Source of the DNA: Octopus sinensis
Taxonomy: Eukaryota
Assembly (NCBI RefSeq): GCF_006345805.1
Contig: NW_021833322.1
Location: 1 to 27,434 of the forward strand
Reading direction: 5' to 3'
DNA: 27,434 bases
Part shown: in pieces, positions 1 through 9,823 of the stretch
Layout: each line of letters opens with the position of its first letter
Position numbering within the stretch: the first letter of the stretch is position 1
Position numbers and translations under genes: made by a program
Notes under the pieces: generated by a model
Databases searched by the model: none
What the model saw: the letters and a program-made list of their open reading frames with translations, nothing else
What the model was told of the DNA's origin: nothing

Positions 1-385
1 AAATTCGCGTTCCGGTGTTTCCTCTGCTCAGTAAATTTGTCCCGTTTGACACTGAAGTCCCGCAGTGTTCCAGTTATGGACCAAAGACTGCTCGTAAATA
101 CTGAGAATGAAAGGCTAAGAATTTTGAAATCAGCAAGGAGATCCAACCTTGCCGTGCACATCTCAGATTAACAGACATAGTCAACCCTACCTCAGTCCAA
201 GATTAGCGCTACGCGTCTTGACCATAGCAGTAGCTGGTGTATGATGTATCTACGTTGTAAGAGCACTCTCAAGTCACATGTACGGCGCAAGGTAGCTAGC
301 TATTGTAGTTCAGTGACATTTTGATTATTCCGGGATTACAAATAATTTATTTTCAGGATTTCAGAATAGGCCATATAAATATTGA

Positions 386-570
386 TTTCAAATTTTGGAA
401 CAAGGCGCGCAATTTCGACTCCAGTGCTCAACTGATACTTATTTGATCGAACCCGAAAGGATAAAAGGCAAAGTGCACTTCGACGGAGTTTGAACTCAGA
501 CCGTAAAGATGGATGAAATACCGCTAAGCATTTCACCCGGCGTGCTAACGATTCTGCCAACTCATCGCCT
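386..570 (-). mobile_element. tRNA-derived SINE, family A (near full length)
   Basis: The reverse complement reads head GGCGATGAGTTGGCAGAATCGTTAGCACGCCGGG, B-box-like GAGTTCAAACTCC, central TTTGCCTTTTATCCTTTCGGGTTCGATCAAATAAGTATCAG and tail CCTTGTTCCAAAATTTGAAA. It is colinear with the copy at 1883-2115. Confidence 0.85.
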
Positions 571-815
571 TATATACCGTATAAATATTAAAAAGTTTAT
601 AGTTTTCCTATCTTATTTCTTACAAATATAGAAAGGGCATCAAAGCATGCTTTAACTCTAGGTTTGAAGTTCAGAACCTTATTTCTAAGAGAGATCACAT
701 AGCACTTAATAAGAATTAGGCTATACATGTTCTTCACACAAGCACCTTTACCTATGGTAACAATAATTTGAAGTGCTCCAGCTTGAGCTTAGGAAATTAT
801 GGTAAGCCTATATAT

Positions 816-1030
816 CTTTTATATTTTACTTGTTTCATTCATTACACTGCGGTCATACTGGGGCACCGCCTTGAAGTATTTTAGTCGAACAGCTCGACCC
901 CCAGTATTTATTTTTTAAAAGCCTGGTACTTTATCGGTATCTTCTCCGAACCGCTGGGTTACAGGGACATAAAATACATCAACACTCATTGTCAAGAATC
1001 AGTGGGGATCAAACACAGATACAAACACAC
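816..1030 (-). mobile_element. SINE family B (CORE-like), diverged 3' half
   Basis: It aligns by eye with 1185-1400 and with the reverse complement of 3500-3718 (TTTTACTTGTTTCA...CTGCGGTCATACTGGGGCACCGCC...TATCGGT...CCGAACCGCT...TTGTCAAG). Confidence 0.8.
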
Positions 1031-1130
1031 GCACACGCGCGCACACGCACACGCGCGCGCACGCACACGCGCGCGCACGCACACGCACACGCGCGCACAC
1101 GCACACGCGCGCACACTCGCACGTACGCAC
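1022..1130. repeat. CpG-rich (CA/CG)n alternating purine-pyrimidine microsatellite
   Basis: Direct reading: ACACACGCACACGCGCGCACACGCACACGCGCGCGCACGC... Confidence 0.95.
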
Positions 1131-1175
1131 CTCATAGATATACATATATCCGCTGAAATGGATTAGTTCTCAGAG

Positions 1176-1397
1176 TCTTTTACCTTTTCTTTAACTCTTT
1201 TACTTGCTTCAGACATGCGACTGTGGCCATGCTGGAGCACCGCCTTTAGCCGAGCAAATCGACCCCGGGACTTATTCTTTGTAGGCCTAGTACTTATTCT
1301 ATCGGTCCCTTTTGCGGAACCCCTAAGTTACGGGAACGTAAACACACCAGCATCGGTTGTCAAGCGATGTTATGGGGACAAACACAGACACACAAAT

Positions 1398-1428
<31 letters not shown>

Positions 1429-1585
1429 CGACGGGCTTCTTTCAGTTTCCGACTACCAAATCCACTCACAAGGCTTTGGTCGGCCCGAAGCTATAGTTGA
1501 AGACACTAGCCCAAGGTGCCACGCAGTGGGACTGAACCCGGAACCATGTGGTTCATAAGCAAGCCACTTACGACACAGCCACACA
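1176..1585 (-). mobile_element. SINE family B (tRNA head plus CORE-like domain), essentially full length
   Basis: The minus strand reads GTGGCTGTGTCGTAAG (A box region), GGTTCCGGGTTCAGTCCC (B box), then GGCACCTTGGGCTAGTGTCTT (similar to the MIR/CORE TGACCTTGGGCAAGT motif). An internal (TA)/(TG) tract follows, and it ends in an AAAAGAGT-type tandem tail. It resembles octopus OR-type SINEs from memory; the name is not verified. Confidence 0.9.
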
Positions 1586-1882
1586 TGCATTGACTACTTT
1601 TGAAACTATCTATCTATCTATCTATTTGTGTTTGTAACATATACTGAGAGAAAACTGCACAAAGGCCAGTGTTCCTTCTAGTATTTTTTCAGATTGGTAC
1701 GCAAAGTTTTCTCCTCTCATGATTTTGTTAGAGGCCGAAGCGCATCCCCTCTGCTCTTCAGCGTCAGACAGGACTTATGGATGAAAGTTACCCTCAGATT
1801 GCGGATCTCGCCTTGGGTTCTGGCGACAGAGTCGATTCTACCAAAAGCAGCCAATGAACAGGTGGTGGTACTAATCCAGATG

Positions 1883-2115
1883 AAGGCGGCGAGCTGGCAG
1901 AAACGTTAGCACGCCGGGCGAAATGCGTAGCCGTATTTCGTCTGTCGTTACGCTGTGAGTTCAAATTCCGCCGAGGTCGACTTTGCCTTTCATCCTTTCG
2001 GGGTCGATAAATTAAGTACCAGTTACGCACTGGGGTCGATGGAATCGACTTGATACCTATGTCTGTCCTTGTTTGTCCCATCTATGTTTAGCCCCTTGTG
2101 GGTAATAAAGAAATA
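1883..2115 (+). mobile_element. tRNA-derived SINE family A, full length with 16-bp target-site duplication
   Basis: Head GGCGGCGAGCTGGCAGAAACGTTAGC, B box GAGTTCAAATTCC, central GCCTTTCATCCTTTCGGGGTCGATAAATTAAGTACCAG, tail AATAAAGAAATA. It is flanked by GGTACTAATCCAGATG (1867-1882) and GGTACTAACCCAGATG (2116-2131). Confidence 0.93.
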
Positions 2116-2289
2116 GGTACTAACCCAGATGGCGTAATTAAGTCTACCGTCCAAGAGTAGGAACGATCCCACCAAAGGCCAATAGTAGACTCAGGTTAAG
2201 GACATTTGTTCAAGTTACCGTTCTGCTGGACTGAAAGGCACATTTCCAGTTTCTCATAAGGAGGCTAAACAAAGAAGAGCGGAATAGTG

Positions 2290-2485
2290 ATGTAGGGAGA
2301 CAGATGGGTAGATAGATAGATAGACAGACAGAGAGAAAGAGAGAGAGTGAGAAAGAAAGAAAGAAAGAAAGAGAGAGGAGGGGACATTGATTGATTGAGA
2401 GATAGATAGATAGAGAGGAGAGAGAGAGTGGAGAGGCTGACTGACTGATAGATAAATAGATAGATACACAGACAAATACAGAAGG

Positions 2486-2537
<52 letters not shown>

Positions 2538-2651
2538 CTGAGAGGTAGATAGACTAGTAACAAATACATAAACAGAGATAGATAGCTAGATAGACAGACA
2601 GACAGACAGACAGATAGATAAATAGATAGATAGATATAGATAGATAGATAG

Positions 2652-2701
<50 letters not shown>
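2290..2701. repeat. Compound (AGAT)n/(AGAC)n/(GA)n microsatellite
   Basis: Direct reading; long AGAT runs at about 2485-2535 and 2655-2700. Confidence 0.95.
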
Positions 2702-2842
2702 CGTTAAGGTGATACAGATCGAGATAGCTATTTAAAATAAATGATAACTGTTAATAACAACCAATATAAAGTGAAATATACAACGAAATAAACATTAATA
2801 ATCAGATAGATATATCAACAAAAGCCATCTCGTACGGTAAAT

Positions 2843-2884
<42 letters not shown>

Positions 2885-3456
2885 CAACTATTTATTATAC
2901 AGGACGCGCACACACATACAATTGCAGAGCGGAAACGGGAAAAGAGATGAAAAAAAGAACACAAAAAAAAACAAAGAAAAGAAATAAAAGATGAAAATAA
3001 TGAGATCTATACTAAGAGAAAAAAAAAAAATCTCTCTCATTCTTTCTCACACGCAAACACACAGCTTTTTTTTTTAATGTTTTCCTCTCTTACTAACTCA
3101 TACAACATTTACACACGCACCAATCACTTCTACGTTTGCTTCTCTCTGTTGTCTCACATACACTAACGGGGGTTTCTAACTTTCACACACGCTTCTGTCA
3201 CTTTTCTTCTGTATCTACATTAAATACTTGATTTATACTTCTATGCACACACACACACACCAATCTCGTTACACATACTTGCGCAGTTTCTTTTCGTTTT
3301 GTGTACACGGTCACCTAGACGAGTACACAAATATTAAAAGTGTCTCATCTCTTTGACGTACTTACAACTGTCTGTCTGTCTGCCTGTATGTGTTTGTATC
3401 ATATACGCGTGCATATGAAAACTTATATATATATGTATGCGTGTAAATATGCGTGT

Positions 3457-3718
3457 AAAGAAGCCTGTCGTATATATGTATATATGTATGTGTGTGTGTG
3501 TTTGTGTGTCTGTGTTTGTCCCCCTAGCATTGCTTGACAACCGATGCTGGTGTGTTTACGTCCCCGTCACTTAGCGGTTCGGCAAAAGAGACCGATAGAA
3601 TAAGTACTGGGCTTACAAAAGAATAAGTCCCGGGGTCGATTTGCTTGACCAAAGGCGGTGCTCCAGCATGGCCGCAGTCAAATGACTGAAACAAGTAAAA
3701 GAGTAAAGAGTAAAGAGT
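3457..3718 (+). mobile_element. SINE family B, 5'-truncated, well preserved
   Basis: AAAGAAGCCTGTCGTATATATG...TTGCTTGACAACCGATGCTGGTGTGTTTACG...GGCGGTGCTCCAGCATGGCCGCAGTCAAATGACTGAAACAAG with an (AAAGAGT)n tail. It is close to the reverse complement of 1185-1445. Confidence 0.92.
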
Positions 3719-3816
3719 ATACATGTGTATATTCAAAGGGCAAGACCACTATGTAGTCGGCCGTATGCTAGAAATAGATCACCAACGATCAAACTACACA
3801 GAATGTTCTCTATATT

Positions 3817-3856
3817 GGCGGTGCTCCAGCATGTCCATAACCTTTGGGCTGGGACA
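3817..3856 (+). mobile_element. SINE family B variant, 3'-end fragment
   Basis: GGCGGTGCTCCAGCATG is identical to 3654-3670 but is followed by a different ending (TCCATAACCTTTGGGCTGG). The same variant ending occurs on the minus strand at 24158-24200. Confidence 0.6.
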
Positions 3857-4544
3857 CACAGAGGCATGTCTGCATATATAATATATACGTACATATCTGT
3901 ATGTATGAACATACAAACATATGTGTGTGTGTACGTGAGAGAAGGGGAGAGAAAGAGACAAACAGAATGTGTGTGTGTATGTATATATATGTACAGAAAC
4001 AAACTGACACAGCCACTAACTCCCTTTCTATCCTTATTTCCTCGCTATTTGTGTTTCTTCGTCAATTTGTAATAGAGTCGACGCTTTCTCCTTTCGCCGC
4101 CTCTGACCTCTGTCGCTGAGGTGGGTTTACTGGCCGATGGGACTGGGAAAGGCGGCTGGGAGTGGTAGTAGTGACAGAAGTGGTAGTGACAAGGAGCAGC
4201 AGGGAGAAGTAGTACATGTTACAAGGGAGAACGTAAAAATGCTGAAAGTAAATAGATTCCAGGTGTAAGTAAGGGACGAGTGAGGAGAGAGAGGAAGCAA
4301 GGAAAGCGAGGGATAAGAAGCAGGAGGGATAAGTAGAAAGTAAATATAATTCGTGTGTAAATAGAGAAAGACAAATAGAAAAATAGAGGAAAGGAGGGAG
4401 AGACGAATTGAGACGGGTGAAAGGAAAGAAAAAAAAAGCCCCAGAAGGAAAGGAAGGAAGGGTTTAGGATGCTGTAGAGAGAAATTTTTTTAGAGAAAGT
4501 GTAATTGTTATGGGTGGGTGGTGATTAAAAGAGATCGAGAGACA

Positions 4545-4547
4545 GAA

Positions 4548-4585
<38 letters not shown>
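4545..4585. repeat. (GA)n microsatellite
   Basis: Direct reading. Confidence 0.95.
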
Positions 4586-4589
<4 letters not shown>

Positions 4590-4618
4590 ACTGAAAACTG
4601 AACTCGAAACCGCATGCA

Positions 4619-4925
4619 TGGTTGCATGCAGTTTCGGTTTCAGTCCCATTGCGCGATACCTAGCTGACCAATTTCATTGAATTTGATAGCCGCAAACTTG
4701 TTTAAGAAATGTGAATGCGTACGTATTCGTGTGTGTATGAGTTTCTCACCACTTGATAACCGGTGTTGGTTTGTTTATGTTCCCGGAGCTTAGCGTTTCG
4801 GCTAAAACGGGACCGATAGGATCAGTATCGGATCGGACTTCAAAAATTAATGAAGTTACGGGGTCGCGATTTTGATTGACTCAAAATACCCCCTTCAAGG
4901 TGGTTGCCCTAGCTGGCCGTACTCT
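4619..4925 (+). mobile_element. SINE family B, old degenerate copy
   Basis: GGTTTCAGTCCCATTGCG resembles the B box. CACTTGATAACCGGTGTTGGTTTGTTTATGTTCCC, CTTAGCGTTTCGGC, GACCGATAGGATCAGTA and CGGGGTCG follow in the family B order. Confidence 0.7.
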
Positions 4926-4952
4926 TCTGTCTAGTACAAATAAAAAGAAAAG

Positions 4953-4990
<38 letters not shown>

Positions 4991-5207
4991 AGAGAGATAA
5001 TTAGAGGATGTATAAAAAAAGACGAAAAAATTTCGAGAGAAAATGAGGAGACGATGGGGAAGCTATGAAGAGCAATAAAAAAAGAACAATAATATAAGGG
5101 GAAAGTAAAATAAATAAAAAAAAATGTGAGGGAAAGAGGGAAGGAGAAAAAAAAAGGGGAAGCAGATTGGGTAAAAATGAAGAGAGAATAAGCTTAAAAA
5201 GGAAGGG

Positions 5208-5388
<181 letters not shown>

Positions 5389-5626
5389 TGAGGGAGAGAG
5401 AGTCTAAGTGATAAATAAAAAAAAAGGAAAGAGTGCTGAGATTGGAGATAGTCTTGGGCAAACATCAAAGGCTTGGGCGCTAAAACATTTAATTCAGACG
5501 CGTAACACAACTGTCCAAGGCGTCACTACTGATTTCTTTTAACTTCTTTTGTTCTCAAGCGTCACCTGCTACCAGACAAATTCCCTCAACCTGACACGGT
5601 GCGTGGTGTATGTATGTGATATATAT

Positions 5627-5663
<37 letters not shown>

Positions 5664-6431
5664 GTCTATATATATATCTCTCTCTATATATATATATATA
5701 TGTGTTTGTGTGTGTGCGTAATTACATATATGTAAATACGCGTGTGTGTGTGTGTGTATAGGGAGATTAGGAATAAGGGAGAACAGAACAAGTAGAAGAA
5801 CAAGGCCGAGCGAATACAAAAAAAAAATCCCGATAAAGATGGTGGTAATGGTGGAGTCGGGGGAGAGAGAGAGAGAGAGAAAGAACGAGAGATAGGAAGA
5901 GATAGAGAGGAAGTGTTCACACACACGTACATTGATGCATACGCACACATACACTAATTACGTCTAGTGGGGGGAAAACTATATGTATATACATATATAA
6001 TATATATATGTGTGTGTGTGTGTATATATGTATTGATTTTCAGTCATTCCGTTTATTTCACACACCCACATATAGCGAGAGGGAGGAATAGAAACATCGA
6101 AAAGTATTAACGGATCTCTGATAAAAGGAGCAACAAAAAAAGACAAGGTTAGATTTGACTACAAAATAAGCAGAAAAAAAAAAAGGAAAGAAAAAAAGAA
6201 AACGATATATAGAGAGCGAAAATAAACCAAAAGACACACACACACACATATATACGGCAGTATGTAAACACACACACACACATACACAGTAATGAAAGAG
6301 AAATAGTGTTTAGAAGAATGAAAGAGAAAGACACCGCTAGATAGATAAATAAATGGCGAGAGAGAAAGAATGAGAAGCTAGCAGTGAGACGACGGGAGGC
6401 TGACGATGAAAGAATAAGGGGAAAAGAAGAA

Positions 6432-6500
6432 AAATTGTTGTTGTTCTATAGCCCCAGGTCAGCCCGATGATCAAAGACGTTCCAATAGTGATTATCCGAT
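6432..6500 (+). repeat. Short dispersed repeat, family C
   Basis: TTGTTGTTCTATAGCCCCAGGTCAGCCCGATGATCAAAGACGTTCC. It shares an exact 15-mer ATGATCAAAGACGTT (6467-6481) with 15839-15853. Confidence 0.65.
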
Positions 6501-6624
6501 CACATTATCCAATGTGCCCTTCCCGTGATGAAATGTTAAACTGTAATTTGAGGGAGATTTGGCTGCTATTTCCAGCAGTTCGAGTCACACAGAGTTGTAT
6601 GTAGCTCAGTCTCTTGTTGCCTCG

Positions 6625-6700
6625 GATTTTTCGGCCCTGATCGAGCAGACTTATGATCAGAGGCGTTCTCGCCGTGACCATCCCCATTCCCTCTTTTCAG
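6625..6700 (+). repeat. Short dispersed repeat, family C
   Basis: GGCCCTGATCGAGCAGACTTATGATCAGAGGCGTTCTCGCCGTGACCATCCC, colinear with the other family C copies. Confidence 0.7.
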
Positions 6701-9039
6701 AGGTATGTAGGACTACATTGCTGAATGTGTCCTTTCTTTGCTTTAAAGACGGTTTTGAGCGTGTTTTGAGGGGATTTCGCTGCTTTTTCTAGCAGGTCGA
6801 ACTATGAGTGAATGAATTAGGAGAGCGAATACTTTTGATAAAGTGATTATATATATATATATATATATACGCGTGTGTGTGATAGATAGAGTGAGAGGAA
6901 TAGAGAGAGAAAGTGTGTGTGTGATGAAGAGAGAGGAAAATTAGTTATAGGAACCTGATGCTGAATGGAAGAATATAAAAATGTGCGGAAGGAGAGAAAT
7001 AGAGAATTAAATAGAATATAGAACAGATGAGAGGGGGAGAGAGAGAGAGAGAGTGGAAGGGAGTCTGACACTGGTGAAGGGAGAATAGAAAAGAAAGAGG
7101 ACAAGTGATTTAGAGAAGAATGTGTGAGAGAGAGAAAGAGTAAGAGAATAATAAAGAGAGAACATAGATAGATAGAAATGTGAAAGAGAGAAATAAAACA
7201 GAAAGGAAGAGTGGTGGGATAAGTTACGATATTGGCCTCTAACGAGAGAATGTCGGCTAAACATCTAAAGGCTAGTGTTGGTGTTAGATTTTAACTCCGC
7301 AGACTGGCACACGGGCTTTTGAGTAGAACAAACACACATACACACAGCCAATCACTCACTCACTCATTCATTGACACACACACGCTCATACGTATACTAT
7401 TTCTTTTTCTCTGTCTCTCTCTCTCTCTGTACAGACACACAGACACAGAACCGGGTAACCTGTTTAATGTTTTTGATTTCTATTAAGGAAGCTGGCATTT
7501 AATTCGCAGCTTTACTGAGAGGTCTTAAAAGAAAAACACACACAAAACAGAAAAAGACAGAAAGAAAGCGGAGATAAAAGAGAAGAGAGAAGAAATACAC
7601 GGAAAATTATTCTGCTGTTTATAACCTAACTGTACATAACACCAACGGATTTGAATAATAGGACAATACTAGTTGGATTTTGACATTTTATTTAAAAAAA
7701 AAATTTTAACACACATCGAAAAGAAAATGAGAAAGACAGTGAGATGAAAGGAAATATCCTTTGATTTCGTTATGTAGCTTGTTTTATTCCAAATAACCTA
7801 CTGTATAAATCAGTTTATTTATCGTCTCTTCCTGGTACGAATCAAGCACCTTTGGATGAAGAAGGGAAGTGTGAGATTGACAGACAAGATAAATATATAG
7901 AAGAGGGGAAAAGAGCACAGCAGTACACGGCGGCGGTGTTGCGTTAATAAGTACGAAGCGTGTGTGTGTGTATATATATATATATATATGTAAAGAGGCG
8001 AAAGGAAAGAGGTAACTTGAAAATGAAAAAGTGACTAGGAAGAGAGAAATCACTACAAAGGTGGTAACAAGTATTACAGAAAAACGTTAAAAAAACCCGA
8101 AAAACAAAAGCAGGATTCTTTATCTACACACATGGACGTATATATAAATATATATATATATATACATAAAAGGAAAAAAAAAAGAAGTGAAGTGTAGAGA
8201 GAGAAAGATAGAGTGGGTGAGAGAAAGAGAGAGCTGGAGGTAAAAAAAAAGAAAAAAAACCCCAAAAATAGATGTGTAGAAAGATAAACTGAAAAAAAAA
8301 GGCTATCGAATACATATATATATATATATATAAGAACTGATGAATGAATGATGTATATATAGAGAGAGATTGAGAAATGCACACTCAGAAATATGTATCT
8401 ATCAATATGAATGGTGAGGAGTGATAGTTAGAGAGAGAAAGAGTAAAAGGTATTGAAAGGGGGGAAAAGTGGAAAAAAGAAGCAACGTACACGCGTGCTC
8501 AGTCTCTCTCTCTCTCAGTCACACGTACGCAGGCGCACACACACGCAGGAGCGCTACGAGGAATTGATAGAGAAGCTGCGGGAGGGCGAACGAACGAACA
8601 GGGGAAAATACAGAATCACTGATAAAGAACAAACTCAAAAAAGACTCAGATATATACCCACACACACACACTATATATATATATCTATATATTTGCAGAG
8701 AAAGGACGTAAAGAAAATATATATGTGCATATAATATTTTTTGTTTGTGGTGGGGTGAAAGATGGATGATGAAAAGTTGTGTTGTTGGCCGCCGCATCAT
8801 CATCCGTCGTCGTCGTTGTCCTCTCCTTTCTCTCTATTGTTGCTGTTGCCGAAGGTGGCGGAGATGATGAAACTGAATAAGATGATGATAATAATGATGA
8901 TGGTAGTGGTGGTGGTTGCCTCTCGTCGAGTGTGAAAAGACCATGCTGCAAAGGAGGGTTGTACTCACAGTATGTAACTCTGATGTGAGGAGCTGCTGCT
9001 GCTAGTAAGACCGACGTGTCCATTTTGTAAGCGAGCCGC

Positions 9040-9120
9040 TCATTGGTCGATTGCTGGCTACATGCTCTTAATTGGGCGCTATTAGCTTCGAATGTCTTTA
9101 CGTAGTATTTTCATGGCGGA
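9040..9120. promoter_or_regulatory. Candidate TCF proximal promoter: two inverted CCAAT boxes and a YY1-like motif
   Basis: ATTGG at 9042-9046 and 9071-9075 (29 bp apart) and ATGGCGG at 9113-9119. They lie in a non-repetitive, CpG-containing island 150-230 bp upstream of the TCF ATG. The start site is not determined. Confidence 0.5.
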
Positions 9121-9265
9121 TTCAAAACGTGTGTCGGGAGTCTTTTGATATTAATCTTTAAAAAAAAAAGGGGGAAAAAAAAATAACAAACAGACAAAAG
9201 AAAAAACAAACAGGAAAGAAGACAAACAAAACAAAAATTACGTATCTTTTAAACTTTCTTTGACC

Positions 9266-9409
9266 ATGCCGCACGTTAGTTCGGGCGGCTCCGAGGACTT
9301 TTTCTCTAAAGACGAGGTCAAAGTTTATAAAGATGAAGGCGAAGAAGAGAAGCGATCCTCGGAAAATCTTTCCGAAGATAAGTTGGGTTTAGTAACTGAG
9401 AGTGAAGAG
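9266..9409 (+). CDS. TCF: TCF/LEF (pangolin/TCF7L2-like) coding exon 1, beta-catenin-binding domain
   Basis: It encodes [48 protein letters not shown] (48 aa), matching the TCF N-terminus (MP...GG.DD...DE....KDEG...SSENL....K..LV.ESE) with conserved D16 and E24. The context is GACCATG, and the donor GAG|GTATGT at 9410 is phase 0. Confidence 0.97.
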
Positions 9410-9483
9410 GTATGTTTTCGCCAAAAAAAAAAAAAAAAAATATGCTGATTATTTATCTTTCCTATATGTCTACAGCTATCTAA

Positions 9484-9531
9484 TGTATATATATATATAT
9501 GTATGTATACATATATATGGTGTGTGTGTAT

Positions 9532-9567
<36 letters not shown>

Positions 9568-9624
9568 CACACATATATATATATACACACATGCTTCTAT
9601 ATAATTATAGTCTTGGTGCTATAC

Positions 9625-9686
<62 letters not shown>

Positions 9687-9755
9687 GTGTGTGTGTTGTT
9701 TGTGTATATATATAAATACACACACACACATATATATATAAATACACATACATAG
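9484..9755. repeat. (TA)n/(TG)n/(CA)n microsatellites in TCF intron 1
   Basis: Direct reading; the longest pure (TA)n run is at about 9628-9685. Confidence 0.95.
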
Positions 9756-9823
9756 CTGTGCGTATTTGCTACAACATTATTACAGTAAAAAAAAATACGT
9801 GATGTATATGGAGTTTACCTTTG

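Noticed and set aside
1500-1585. tRNA gene at the SINE heads (also 1883-1975 and 20380-20458)
   Set aside because: The A/B boxes run directly into SINE core and tail sequence, and there is no complete cloverleaf.
1640-2270. Roughly 74-codon minus-strand frame restored by removing the SINE (contains SLAAFGRI, reminiscent of LINE reverse transcriptase ASAAFGRL)
   Set aside because: The similarity is too short and no other RT motifs are present. It is left as unidentified.
8685-8962. Remainder of the 112-aa minus-strand ORF
   Set aside because: It is built from (TCA)/(CCA)/(CGA) trinucleotide tracts. Only the part before the GTGAGT donor is kept as a hypothesis.
9260-9448. ORF-track protein MTMPHV...[14 protein letters not shown] taken as a complete gene
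   Set aside because: The track starts at a TTG and reads through the 9410 donor into intron 1. The real start is ATG 9266 and the frame continues in exon 2.
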